DNA from: Candidatus Hydrogenedentota bacterium
GTDB lineage: Bacteria; Hydrogenedentota; Hydrogenedentia; Hydrogenedentales; GCA-2746185
Direction: 5' to 3'
NCBI GenBank assembly: GCA_046583315.1
Contig: JAYGCN010000166.1
Location: 1 to 14,240 of the forward strand
DNA: 14,240 bases
In this document: positions 1-8,890 of the stretch, in pieces
Layout: every line of letters begins with the position of its first letter
Position numbering within the stretch: position 1 is the stretch's first letter
Program-made: the position numbers and the translations under genes
Notes under the pieces: model-generated
Database searches by the model: none
What the model was told of the DNA's origin: nothing
What the model saw: only the letters and a program-made list of their open reading frames with translations

Positions 1-561
1 CTGCGTGAGCTTCAAATCGATATGATCGATGTGCTACTCGTCCATCGCCCCGATTGGCTGACACGGGCGGACGATACTGCGGATGGGCTTCAGCGAGTCA
101 TCGATAAAGGAAAAGTTCGTTCAGTCGGCGTATCGAATTATTCGACATCTCAGTTCGACCTCCTCTCAAGTTGTTTCGACGGCATCCTCGCGACGAACCA
201 ACTCGAAGTGAATCTCTTGCACATGGATGCCATGTACGATGGAACGTTAAACCAGTGCGAGCAGCACCGTATTCATCCCATGGTTTGGTCACCCCTGGCC
301 GGGGGACGCATTATAACTGGGGAAGATGCAGACGCAATACGAACACGAGACGCACTGGTCGCCTTGGGCAAGGAATTGGACGCGACTACAGAGCAAGTCG
401 CCTTGGCATGGGTCGCGGCGCTTCCCTCTCAACCCCGAGTAATCATCGGGACGAATCAGCCGGATCGCATACGCGAATCAGCGGGCAGCGACTCCATTAA
501 GCTGTCGCGAACCCAGTGGTATCAACTCTGGGAAGCTGCACAGGGCAACCAAGTACCATAG
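1..561 (+). CDS. Aldo/keto reductase (YdhF-like), C-terminal part; the gene begins upstream of the window
   Basis: Frame is open from base 1 (LRELQIDMIDVLLVHRPD). AKR motifs: D-x-LLVHRPD, GKVRSVGVSNYS, TNQLE, MVWSPLAGG, QVALAW, IIGTNQPDRI. Stop TAG at 559-561. Confidence 0.92.
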   Translation: MRELQIDMIDVLLVHRPDWLTRADDTADGLQRVIDKGKVRSVGVSNYSTSQFDLLSSCFDGILATNQLEVNLLHMDAMYDGTLNQCEQHRIHPMVWSPLAGGRIITGEDADAIRTRDALVALGKELDATTEQVALAWVAALPSQPRVIIGTNQPDRIRESAGSDSIKLSRTQWYQLWEAAQGNQVP

Positions 562-611
562 TTGTATAGGATCGTTTAGATGATTTGGGCGTAGGATCAA
601 ATACTCTTCGT

Positions 612-1721
612 TTAGGGAGAAGTCACGCGGGTCAGCTTTCGTATGCAGCAGTTAACATTATCTGCAAAGTACAGGTTGCCCCCCTGATCGAATGCCATTA
701 TGTCTGGGTTGGCATTTAACGCTTGAAGCGCAGGCCCTCCGTCTCCTGCGTACCCTCGCTCGCCGGTGCCGGATACGGTAAACATAAGGCCATTTTTCGC
801 CACGGAGCGCACCCGGTTGTTCACTTGGTCTCCAATATACAATATGCCGTCATCGTCAACCGCTACACCACACGGCTCACCGATATTCGCTTCAGTTGCT
901 CTAAGACCTTCGCCGTTATACGCTGGATTCCCGGTTCCGGCTACCGTAGTGATAATACCGTCCTTAGCAATTTTTCGAATTCGGTGATTGGAAAAGTCAG
1001 CAAAGTAAATGTTGCCTTCTCGATCGATTGCTATCGCCGAAGCACCCGAGATTCGAGCTTCCGTCGCCGGTCCACCATCGCCGCTAAATCCCTTTTCGCC
1101 TGTGCCGCCGATGGTACGGATAATGCCGTCTTTCCCGACGACGCGTATTCGATAGTTGCCTGAGTCGGCAATGATGAGTTCTCCCTGCACGTTCTCCACC
1201 AAGTGATTCGGCCAAGAGATCATTGCCTTGTTCGCGAGTATTCCGTCACCGTTGAAACCTTTCTCGCCCGTACCCACAATAGTATGCGCGATACCATCGG
1301 GCCCAATCCGGTATATTTTGCTGTGCCTGCGATTGAGCACATAGAGATTGTCTTTCGAATCAACTGCGATGCCATAAGCGCCTACAAGATTCGTCTCAAG
1401 AGCTGGAAGGTCGTCTTCCTGAGGTCGCGATTTGCCAGTTCCGGCCACGGTATGTACGATGCCGTCGCGCGTCACTTTTCGCACGCGTCGGTTTCCATTG
1501 TCCGCAATGTAAAGATTCCCGACACTGTCTATGGCAACAGAAGTCACCGGCGAAAACTTGGCCTTGATTGCCGGGCCTCCATCGCCCGAGAAACCACCTT
1601 CGCCCGTGCCCGCGACTGTTGAGATTATGAAACTAGGCACACCCTCATCGGCCAGGCACTCTGTGATCGTGCCGACAAAAAGCATCAGGCACCAAAGAAC
1701 TCTATCCAATCGCTTCACCAT
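612..1721 (-). CDS. Secreted NHL-repeat (teneurin-like) six-bladed beta-propeller protein
   Basis: Six tandem ~56-aa repeats of the form I-x-TVAGTG-x-x-G(F/Y)xGDGGPA...A(I/V)D-x-x-GNLY(I/F)AD-x-x-N-x-RIRK. Start moved from 1778 to ATG 1721 (or the adjacent GTG 1718) because TAAGGAG lies immediately upstream and MVKRLDRVLWCLMLFVGTITECLA resembles a signal peptide. Confidence 0.9.
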   Translation of the reverse strand: MVKRLDRVLWCLMLFVGTITECLADEGVPSFIISTVAGTGEGGFSGDGGPAIKAKFSPVTSVAIDSVGNLYIADNGNRRVRKVTRDGIVHTVAGTGKSRPQEDDLPALETNLVGAYGIAVDSKDNLYVLNRRHSKIYRIGPDGIAHTIVGTGEKGFNGDGILANKAMISWPNHLVENVQGELIIADSGNYRIRVVGKDGIIRTIGGTGEKGFSGDGGPATEARISGASAIAIDREGNIYFADFSNHRIRKIAKDGIITTVAGTGNPAYNGEGLRATEANIGEPCGVAVDDDGILYIGDQVNNRVRSVAKNGLMFTVSGTGERGYAGDGGPALQALNANPDIMAFDQGGNLYFADNVNCCIRKLTRVTSP

Positions 1722-1790
1722 ATATCTCCTTAATTTCGCCAGACCCATCACGACCTCCCTTAAAGAGAGGTCGAACACGTGTCAGAAGTC

Positions 1791-1804
1791 TTGACTTATG
1801 TCAA
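1791..1804. promoter_or_regulatory. TTGAC-N4-GTCAA palindrome, candidate transcription-factor site in the NHL/SDR divergent intergenic region
   Basis: TTGACttatGTCAA has perfect 5-bp arms and the same geometry as the FNR box TTGAT-N4-ATCAA. The cognate regulator is unknown. Confidence 0.4.
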
Positions 1805-1987
1805 ACCATTCCGGTTTCAGTTGGCTATCAACTTGTGTAATTTACCGACGATAATGTCAAAACTGATCAGATATGCTATACAAAGTGTTATTCTTTCAAG
1901 GTTTCTATGACAGAATACCAAAAGCTCATATTTGCAAGTGGTAGGTCATTAATGATTTTAGAGGGCGCATCCGGAGGGAAGAAAGCG

Positions 1988-2806
1988 ATGAAGCAAAAAT
2001 CCATTTTCATTACTGGAGCGGCCAGTGGAATTGGCCGCGCCACGGCAGAGCTATTCCATGAAAAAGGCTGGTTCGTTGGTTGTTATGACGTTGATGCCGA
2101 TGCTCTTGTGGACCTCAGACAAAAGTTGGATGAGCGTTGTCTCATTGGACGCCTAGATGTTCGGGACAAAGAAGCCTTCGATGCCTCTATGGCGACGTTT
2201 TCAGAGCGAACAGAGGGTCACCTGGATCTCATGTTTAACAATGCCGGTATCACAGTGGGTGGCTATTTTGATGACGTGCCTTTCGAAAAACTTATCGACA
2301 TCGTCAATATCAACTTGATCGGCGTTCTAAATGGCACCCATGCGGCCATGCCCCTGCTGAAACAGACCGAGAACTCTCTCTGCTTTTCCACCGCATCGTC
2401 TGCCGCCATCCATAGCAGCCCCGGCATGGCGGTCTATGGAGCCACAAAACACGCGGTAAAGGGTTTTACTCAATCGATGAGTGTGGAGATGGCGCGCTAC
2501 GGTGTCAGAGCCTCAGATGTGATGCCGGGCATCATAGATACGCCGTTGTGGAAAAGCAGTAAATACGTTGAGGGCGAGGCAGTCTCGAACTACGAAGATA
2601 TTCCGAAAAAAAATGCTGGCCTAACCGATGCCAGCAGGACGATAGCGGCGTCCGAAGTCGCCGACGCCGTCTGGAACGCTTACCACGGAGATAAAGTTCA
2701 CTGGTATGTCCCCGCGGACTTGGAGGAAAACACCAGAAGTAAAGAAACGCCCGAGCAGATTCGTGACGCGGCGATTCCGCAGCACCGCCCTTGTGTGCTA
2801 CCATAA
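1988..2806 (+). CDS. Classical short-chain dehydrogenase/reductase (SDR)
   Basis: TGAASGIG cofactor motif, NNAG, catalytic Ser region (TASSAA), YGATK (YxxxK) and PGIIDT. Start moved from 1907 to ATG 1988 because GGAGG is at 1973-1977 and MKQKSIFITG is a typical SDR N-terminus. Confidence 0.93.
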   Translation: MKQKSIFITGAASGIGRATAELFHEKGWFVGCYDVDADALVDLRQKLDERCLIGRLDVRDKEAFDASMATFSERTEGHLDLMFNNAGITVGGYFDDVPFEKLIDIVNINLIGVLNGTHAAMPLLKQTENSLCFSTASSAAIHSSPGMAVYGATKHAVKGFTQSMSVEMARYGVRASDVMPGIIDTPLWKSSKYVEGEAVSNYEDIPKKNAGLTDASRTIAASEVADAVWNAYHGDKVHWYVPADLEENTRSKETPEQIRDAAIPQHRPCVLP

Positions 2807-2850
2807 ATGGGGTTAGACCAGCAAAGGACACTTGGAAAGTATGGGAATCT

Positions 2851-4047
2851 GTGAGTAGAACACGACTTTCGGTCACAGCAACAGTACTCATTTCGCTCTC
2901 ACTCACCGCGATGGCACAGTCCATCGACGTGGGCCGAGGCTCGGTCGGCGTTCACGTACCGCCATCCTACGATTCCGAAACGCCCATGCCACTCGTACTC
3001 TTGCTTCATGGGTATAGCCTGAGCGGCACCGTACAAGAGGCGTATATGCAATTCACGCCGCTCGCTGACGAATTCGGCTTCCTGTATCTACACCCGGATG
3101 GACGAACCACCACAGACCCGAAGCGATTTTGGAGCGCGACACCGGCGTGCTGCAATTTTTACGGCGCGCCCGACAACGATAGCGACTATCTCATGGACCT
3201 CATCAATGAAATGAAGTCGCAGTACAACGTCGATTCTTCCCGCGTATATCTCATTGGCCATTCCAACGGCGGGTTCATGTCGTATCGTATGGCCTGCGAC
3301 AATGCCGCGACGATCGCCGCGATCGCGAGCCTCGCCGGGGCGACCGTTCCGGATGCCAACGATTGCCAGGCCTCCAGCCCCGTACACGTCCTCCAAATTC
3401 ATGGCACGAACGACGCCTCAATCCTATATGACGGCGGCTTTACCTACCCCGCACCCGGAGGGGAGTACACCAGCGCGGTCGAAAGCGTCGAGCAATGGGC
3501 CGCAAAGAACGGCTGCGCGCTGACCCCTGACACCTCCGCGCCCAATATCGATCTCGAACTGAATTTACCCGGCGCAGAGAGCACCGTAACCCGGTACAAA
3601 AGCGCATGCGATTCCGGAGGCTCCGCCGAACTATGGACCATCGTAGGCGGCGGCCACATCCCGGCGCTGTCCGCCACATTATCCCGCCAAATCATCGAGT
3701 TCTTCTATGCCCATCCCAAACTCGATCCCGGCCCAACGGACACCGTCTACAGCGATTTCGGCTACTCCGGTCCAAAAAACGGTGCCCAGGCAACGCCCTG
3801 GAATACCCTGGGCGAAGCCTTAGCGGCTGTTGATGCCAACGGCACCATTAAAATAAACGGCAACTCCTCAATAGTCGCGAGCACGGAGACCTTTACCGGC
3901 GCCTCCGTGATCGACAACAGTGTCACCATCAAAGCCGCTCCAGCAGGCACCGTCCGCATCGGCACCAGCACCCCCGCACCCGATCAAGCGCCAAATACTC
4001 CCGCCGATCCGCCACTACGATCCGGATTCATTATGCGGAATGATTGA
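2851..4047 (+). CDS. Secreted alpha/beta-hydrolase of the PHB depolymerase/LpqC-like esterase family with an extra C-terminal domain
   Basis: PLVLLLHGY oxyanion region, GHSNGG nucleophile elbow, IHGTND (Asp) and GGGH (His). Signal-like N-terminus from GTG 2851 (SRTRLSVTATVLISLSLTAMA|QS). The start is uncertain; the ORF is open from 2791. Confidence 0.88.
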   Translation: MSRTRLSVTATVLISLSLTAMAQSIDVGRGSVGVHVPPSYDSETPMPLVLLLHGYSLSGTVQEAYMQFTPLADEFGFLYLHPDGRTTTDPKRFWSATPACCNFYGAPDNDSDYLMDLINEMKSQYNVDSSRVYLIGHSNGGFMSYRMACDNAATIAAIASLAGATVPDANDCQASSPVHVLQIHGTNDASILYDGGFTYPAPGGEYTSAVESVEQWAAKNGCALTPDTSAPNIDLELNLPGAESTVTRYKSACDSGGSAELWTIVGGGHIPALSATLSRQIIEFFYAHPKLDPGPTDTVYSDFGYSGPKNGAQATPWNTLGEALAAVDANGTIKINGNSSIVASTETFTGASVIDNSVTIKAAPAGTVRIGTSTPAPDQAPNTPADPPLRSGFIMRND

Positions 4048-4101
4048 TTCCCAAATTCATATTGAGCACAAAGTACAGGCGATCTGAAATCCTCGTCCTC
4101 T

Positions 4102-5184
4102 TCATGTTCGCAGCGCAAATCCCGGCTTGAGTACGGGCTCTACCTTCGCGACCGACAAGAGCGATTCCACGCAGTCGCGTATCGAAACGTCTATCGGGCG
4201 GAATTCCATGCCGACTGTTTCGCGGATTCGGTCGTTGCGCAATTCGCAGCCTGCCCAGATAGCCCTGAAGTAGTCCTCTTTGGCGCGAACCTTTTCGGGG
4301 AGCGGATCGACGAGGTCTGCTCCGGCGAAACCGAGTTCCGGGAGAAGGCGGTCGATGCTGGCGCATACCTCTTCCACTTTAGGTGTGTCTGTTGACCAGG
4401 CGATGAAACGCTGACCGTTTTCAACATTTACACTTTCGAGCAACCGAATGTGTGCCTCCGCCGTGTCACGCACATCGACGGTGTACCAGGGTCGATAGGC
4501 GCCCATGACGTTCTGCGAATATTCACCTAGTAACATGGTCACAATGTGGTGTTGCCAGGGACCAGCGTCTTTCTGATGGGCCGAAAGAATTGGGCCGACG
4601 TTATCGCCGGGACAACAGGTGATGGCATCCCATCGATCGCTCGCCTCGGCGGCGTCAGAGAATGCACGTTGCGCCAGTACCTTGCCCATCGAATAGCCCT
4701 GGCCACCTTTCGCCGTGCGTTTGGGATTTTGTTCATCGGGATAACGGTCTTCGTACAGCACGGGTCGCCGGACATACTCTTGCATATCCGTTTCGGAAAT
4801 TACCGCTGCGATACTGGAGGTCACAATGACGCGGTTTACGGTTTCCGATAAGTTGACGCTGTTGATAATGTGATCGCAGACCTTCTTGACGTAATCCAGG
4901 TCACTGTAGTCTGATACGTGCGAGAGATGCGCAACGCCCTGGCAACCCTTGAAAATATCGTCAAAACAGCCCGCCTCGTCGAGGTCTGCTGAATGAAGCG
5001 TCAAACGGCCGGATGCATAACCCGGCATGGCTTTAAGAAAGCCTGTTTTCTTCTCGTCGTTTGCATTCCGAACGCATGCGCGCACGCGGTAGCCTTTGTC
5101 CAAAAGCAGCCGCACGACCCAACCGCCGATAAATCCCGCGCTGCCTGTCACCGCAACTGTGCCGCCTTGAGGTATTGGTCCCAT
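4102..5184 (-). CDS. NAD(P)-dependent epimerase/dehydratase family extended SDR (dihydroflavonol/cinnamoyl-CoA reductase-like)
   Basis: VAVTGSAGFIG, GYRVRACVR, VTSSIAAV, YSMGK (YxxxK), VDVRDTAEAH. AAGGA RBS upstream of ATG 5184. Confidence 0.9.
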   Translation of the reverse strand: MGPIPQGGTVAVTGSAGFIGGWVVRLLLDKGYRVRACVRNANDEKKTGFLKAMPGYASGRLTLHSADLDEAGCFDDIFKGCQGVAHLSHVSDYSDLDYVKKVCDHIINSVNLSETVNRVIVTSSIAAVISETDMQEYVRRPVLYEDRYPDEQNPKRTAKGGQGYSMGKVLAQRAFSDAAEASDRWDAITCCPGDNVGPILSAHQKDAGPWQHHIVTMLLGEYSQNVMGAYRPWYTVDVRDTAEAHIRLLESVNVENGQRFIAWSTDTPKVEEVCASIDRLLPELGFAGADLVDPLPEKVRAKEDYFRAIWAGCELRNDRIRETVGMEFRPIDVSIRDCVESLLSVAKVEPVLKPGFALRT

Positions 5185-5240
5185 CGTTCTTTTCCTTAGT
5201 GTAATCGCTCAATATATGTCGAGCGTGAATGTGATTATGA

Positions 5241-6191
5241 TTAACGTGCCTTCAATGCCGTAATAGAATTTCCTGAATCCGCTGATGGCTGAATCAGACT
5301 AAACAAATTACCGTCTGGGTCTCTGCCAAAGACCTCCGTTGAAGCATCAGTTTCAACCGGTTCCGACAAAAACTCAACACTCGATTTAGTGAGCCGATCG
5401 TAGTCGCTTTGAATATCGATAACTTCAAAGGCGAACTTGTTGTAGCCAATCTTCTCGAAGGGGATTGGCGCCCTTGTTTCCGGCGTGGCCGGGTTTACAA
5501 ACTGCCAGAGTTCGAGAATCATGTTGCGCATGTTAAACCAGGCGGCACGAATAAAGGTGTCGTCATGATCGGCCACCTCATCAAACCTCGGACCGGTTAC
5601 CTTGTCGCTTCTACGGGTGGGCTCGAATCCGATAATTTTCGTGTAAAACTCAACCAATCTGTCGATGTCAGGCGAGACGAGAGCTACATGCGAGAGCCAG
5701 ACCGGCCCTTCGAAATGCGGCTCGTCCATATGCTCGGTTTCAAACATGATGCCGTCGGCGTCCCGCTCGTAGGCATAGTAAACGCCGTACCCACCCAAAT
5801 CCACAGGCTCAGTCCCTCTACTGACAACGGTCGCACCCAGTCCCTTGAACCGGCCATACAGGTCTCGTTGCGTCGGTGCCTGAAAACAAACATGCGTTAT
5901 CCCCGGTCCCTGCACCGGTATTTCCTCAACCGGACCAGCAAGCGACGCTTCATACTGAAAAAGCTCGAGATACCCGTTCGGGCCAGACAAAACGGCTCTG
6001 TCAACAGGTGTATTCCCAAAGCCACTCGCCCTCTCCGCAGCCGAATTACTCAGTCTCTTGGATTGGTCCACTTCAAGAGATGTCGCCTCCGAGTAGAAAG
6101 CAATCGAGGCTTTCAAGTCACTCACCGATACTCCGATGTGATTAAACCCGATAACGGATGATGTGCTGGATCGTGCTGCCTGGTCAGTCAT
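5241..6191 (-). CDS. Two-domain VOC (glyoxalase/bleomycin resistance/extradiol dioxygenase superfamily) protein
   Basis: Internal duplication: FNHIGVSVSDL...YLELFQY...ITHVCF...RDADGIMFE and LSHVALVSPDI...ILELWQF...YNKFAF...RDPDGNLFS. AGGA RBS overlaps the MFS stop codon. Confidence 0.9.
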   Translation of the reverse strand: MTDQAARSSTSSVIGFNHIGVSVSDLKASIAFYSEATSLEVDQSKRLSNSAAERASGFGNTPVDRAVLSGPNGYLELFQYEASLAGPVEEIPVQGPGITHVCFQAPTQRDLYGRFKGLGATVVSRGTEPVDLGGYGVYYAYERDADGIMFETEHMDEPHFEGPVWLSHVALVSPDIDRLVEFYTKIIGFEPTRRSDKVTGPRFDEVADHDDTFIRAAWFNMRNMILELWQFVNPATPETRAPIPFEKIGYNKFAFEVIDIQSDYDRLTKSSVEFLSEPVETDASTEVFGRDPDGNLFSLIQPSADSGNSITALKAR

Positions 6192-6200
6192 GAAATATTC

Positions 6201-7718
6201 CTATGCATCGGCATCCTCATTGGACACCGCTCTTTCTTTCAGCAACTTCGAAATCTCCTGATGCCGTTCCCGATTAAGGCTGTACCTGCTGTAAATGAAG
6301 AGGGATATGACAGCGGCAACTGCCATAACTGGCCCGGCCATGATCCCGAGACGGCGAACGACATCACTGTCAAGTTCTCCCGGAATCGCTCCAGAAGGTA
6401 GTTGGACGAAATGTTCCAAAACCATACCTGCAAAAAAGATTCCAAAAGAACTTGAAGCCTTGGCGAAGAATGACCGAGCCGAATAGTAGAGCCCTTCTTG
6501 TCGCTCACCGGTTTCCAGTTCATTGTCATCAATGATGTCGCCGATCATCGACAACATCACCACGGTACTCACACCGATGCAAAACGCAAATCCGAAGCGA
6601 TTCACCAGGAGAATAGGTAATAGTGCCGAACTTCCATTCTCAACCATCAGACCAAGCAGGCGTAGATCGACCATCAATTGTGCGAAAATAACCCCTCCCG
6701 CGAGCGACGTTAACATCACCGGTTTGCGGTCGAATCTTCGCATCAAGATCGGGGACAAGAACGCACCCGATACGGCGGCGGGTGCTCCAACGAGTCTCAA
6801 CCACGCCATCTGCTCCGTCTTCAGTTCCCAAAAATAAGTGAACATAAATACTTCGAGTGTGTCGTATATACCCGATGTAAGCATAAAGAAGAAAAAGCCA
6901 ATAACAAGAACCATATAATTACGATTCTTCAACGTTTTCCCAACGGCCTTTATAAACGTGAGCGGGGATATGGGCTGTGGATTCGAAGGGGGCGCGGACA
7001 GACTGGGTATGTATCTCCATGTCCCGGCGGCACAGCCCCAAATCGTAATCAACACAGCGACGCATGCAGTAAACACTAGCGGGTCGTAGGCTGCCGGATC
7101 CAGATGACCCGGCACCATCTGACCATCTGATTCGCGTATCCGATCATCGCCGAAGAAGTATCTAAAGGCAACGAACATAAAGGTGGCAAGGGTGCCAAAG
7201 GTAAAAATTGAATTGACGCTAAAGAGTTGAGAGCGTTGATGTTGATCCTTGGTCATTTCCCCACCGAGCGCCAAATGAGGAACGTGATAAAGCGTAACAA
7301 ACATTCGACTGAGGATGGTCCAAACGGTAAGCCAGGCGAAGAGATACATTTCTGTGGAACCATCGGGGTCCACAGTAATCGATTTCGGCGGGTTGAAGAT
7401 ACAATAAATCGAAAGGGCCAAGGGAAGAGGTGCCGCCAACAGGAAAGGATGACGACGCCCAAACTTGGATCGCCAACGGTCGGATACAATCCCGACAACC
7501 GGATCCGAAATAGCATCCCCGATCATGGCCAACATAATGGCTGTACCGATGAGAGAAGCGGAGAGCCCAATGGCCTGATTGTAGTAGATCATAATAAAGA
7601 CGCCAAAGAGACCAAAAAACATGGACTCTCCGACAGCGCCTACGCCAAATGCCAGCTTCCCCGAAAGCGGAATAACACCCTCGCCGTGGCCAGTTTCGTC
7701 AATGCGTTCTACTTTCAC
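6201..7718 (-). CDS. MFS transporter, glycoside-pentoside-hexuronide (MelB/MFS_2-like) family
   Basis: About 12 hydrophobic segments. GPH motifs DAISDPVVGIVSDRWRSKFGRRHPF, VPHLALGGEMT and SMIGDIIDDNELETGERQEGLYYS. GTG start with AGGAG upstream. Confidence 0.93.
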   Translation of the reverse strand: MKVERIDETGHGEGVIPLSGKLAFGVGAVGESMFFGLFGVFIMIYYNQAIGLSASLIGTAIMLAMIGDAISDPVVGIVSDRWRSKFGRRHPFLLAAPLPLALSIYCIFNPPKSITVDPDGSTEMYLFAWLTVWTILSRMFVTLYHVPHLALGGEMTKDQHQRSQLFSVNSIFTFGTLATFMFVAFRYFFGDDRIRESDGQMVPGHLDPAAYDPLVFTACVAVLITIWGCAAGTWRYIPSLSAPPSNPQPISPLTFIKAVGKTLKNRNYMVLVIGFFFFMLTSGIYDTLEVFMFTYFWELKTEQMAWLRLVGAPAAVSGAFLSPILMRRFDRKPVMLTSLAGGVIFAQLMVDLRLLGLMVENGSSALLPILLVNRFGFAFCIGVSTVVMLSMIGDIIDDNELETGERQEGLYYSARSFFAKASSSFGIFFAGMVLEHFVQLPSGAIPGELDSDVVRRLGIMAGPVMAVAAVISLFIYSRYSLNRERHQEISKLLKERAVSNEDADA

Positions 7719-7758
7719 TTCGACCGTACTCCTTCGATCCAGATACTCTCTAAACTTC

Positions 7759-8871
7759 TCAAAAACTCAATCCGTCTTCACTCAGTGTGACGGTTTTTCC
7801 CATCTCCGCAGAATGCTGCGCCGCAAGCCCAATGACCACCGCTTTAAGCCCATCGTCAACGCTCACGCCCACTGGAGTACCCTCCGTAATGGCACGATAA
7901 AATCCCTGATGCTTATAAAACGTCGCACCGTTATGGTCTCCGGCAGATAACAACGCAGGATCGACCGGTATTGCAGACTCAACAGGTCCCGCCGAATCTC
8001 GCGGACTAAACACCAGCTTCGGCTCCAATGCCGGCTTGTCTGCGGGTCGAAAACGACCGGGACCCGGCACATAACACTCGAGTTTACCGAGGGGACCTAC
8101 GGCGCAAATTTCCTCCTGATATTCGGAGCCCTCCGCAAACATGCTGAGTTCCAGCATCGCCCGGAGCCCATCCGAAAAGTCCAGAATCACGTAAGCATTG
8201 TCGATGATGTCAGGAGTCTCACCGTCATACTGTTCATCCAGATGATTGACGTCTTGTCCGGCGGATGCATAAACGCGAATCACTTCCTGCCCACCCAACA
8301 ACCGCATCAGGTCAAAAAAATGACAACACTTTTCAACCAGTGTGCCTCCGGTATTGCAACTGAAGCGATTCCAGTCACCCACCTTTTGCAAAAACGGAAA
8401 CCGGTGTTCACGAATGCTAAGCATTTTTATCGGCCCAACTTGGTCTTCCGCCAGCTGCTTTCTGAATGCCGTTATCGGCGGCATATACCGATACTCCATG
8501 CCCACCCAGACAGGTGCAGAATGGTTTTGCGCCGCCGTTTTTATTTCCTGAACCTGGTCCAGACGGGTTACAATCGGTTTTTCAATCAATACGGGTAAGT
8601 CAGTCGTTGAAAGGATATGTTGGAGCTGATCCCCGTGTTGATAATTCGGTGTTGCAACGACCAGCGCATCAAGACCCGGAAAATTCAGCAACGCCTGCAT
8701 GTCATCTACGATCTTGGCATCCGGCGCAATCTCCAATGCGCGCGCCTGCATGTCTTCGTCCGGCTCAGCAATCGCAACAACTTGTGCACCATCAATCAGA
8801 GCCAGATTCCGCAAATGCTCATGGCCCATCATGCCGCAACCAAGGATCCCGTATTTTACTGTCTTTGCCAT
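7759..8871 (-). CDS. Gfo/Idh/MocA family oxidoreductase (inositol 2-dehydrogenase-like)
   Basis: GILGCGMMG Rossmann motif, VVATPNYQH, LIEKP, GMEYRY and GGTLVEKCCHFFDL. GAGGA RBS. Confidence 0.93.
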   Translation of the reverse strand: MAKTVKYGILGCGMMGHEHLRNLALIDGAQVVAIAEPDEDMQARALEIAPDAKIVDDMQALLNFPGLDALVVATPNYQHGDQLQHILSTTDLPVLIEKPIVTRLDQVQEIKTAAQNHSAPVWVGMEYRYMPPITAFRKQLAEDQVGPIKMLSIREHRFPFLQKVGDWNRFSCNTGGTLVEKCCHFFDLMRLLGGQEVIRVYASAGQDVNHLDEQYDGETPDIIDNAYVILDFSDGLRAMLELSMFAEGSEYQEEICAVGPLGKLECYVPGPGRFRPADKPALEPKLVFSPRDSAGPVESAIPVDPALLSAGDHNGATFYKHQGFYRAITEGTPVGVSVDDGLKAVVIGLAAQHSAEMGKTVTLSEDGLSF

Positions 8872-8890
8872 CGATCAATCCTCTAAGTGT

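Noticed and set aside
612..1721. DNA-level repeat array or CRISPR-like structure
   Set aside because: The periodicity is fully explained by diverged protein-coding NHL repeats; there are no identical repeats with spacers.
4048..4101. Intrinsic terminators between convergent genes (here and at 562-611)
   Set aside because: No convincing GC-rich stem followed by a U-tract on either strand.
5409..6161. 250-aa plus-strand ORF
   Set aside because: Lies wholly antisense to the well-supported VOC gene and has no recognisable motif; a shadow ORF.
7759..8871. Assigning iolG / a standard inositol catabolism operon
   Set aside because: Family-level similarity only. No iolB/C/D/E-like genes are in the window.
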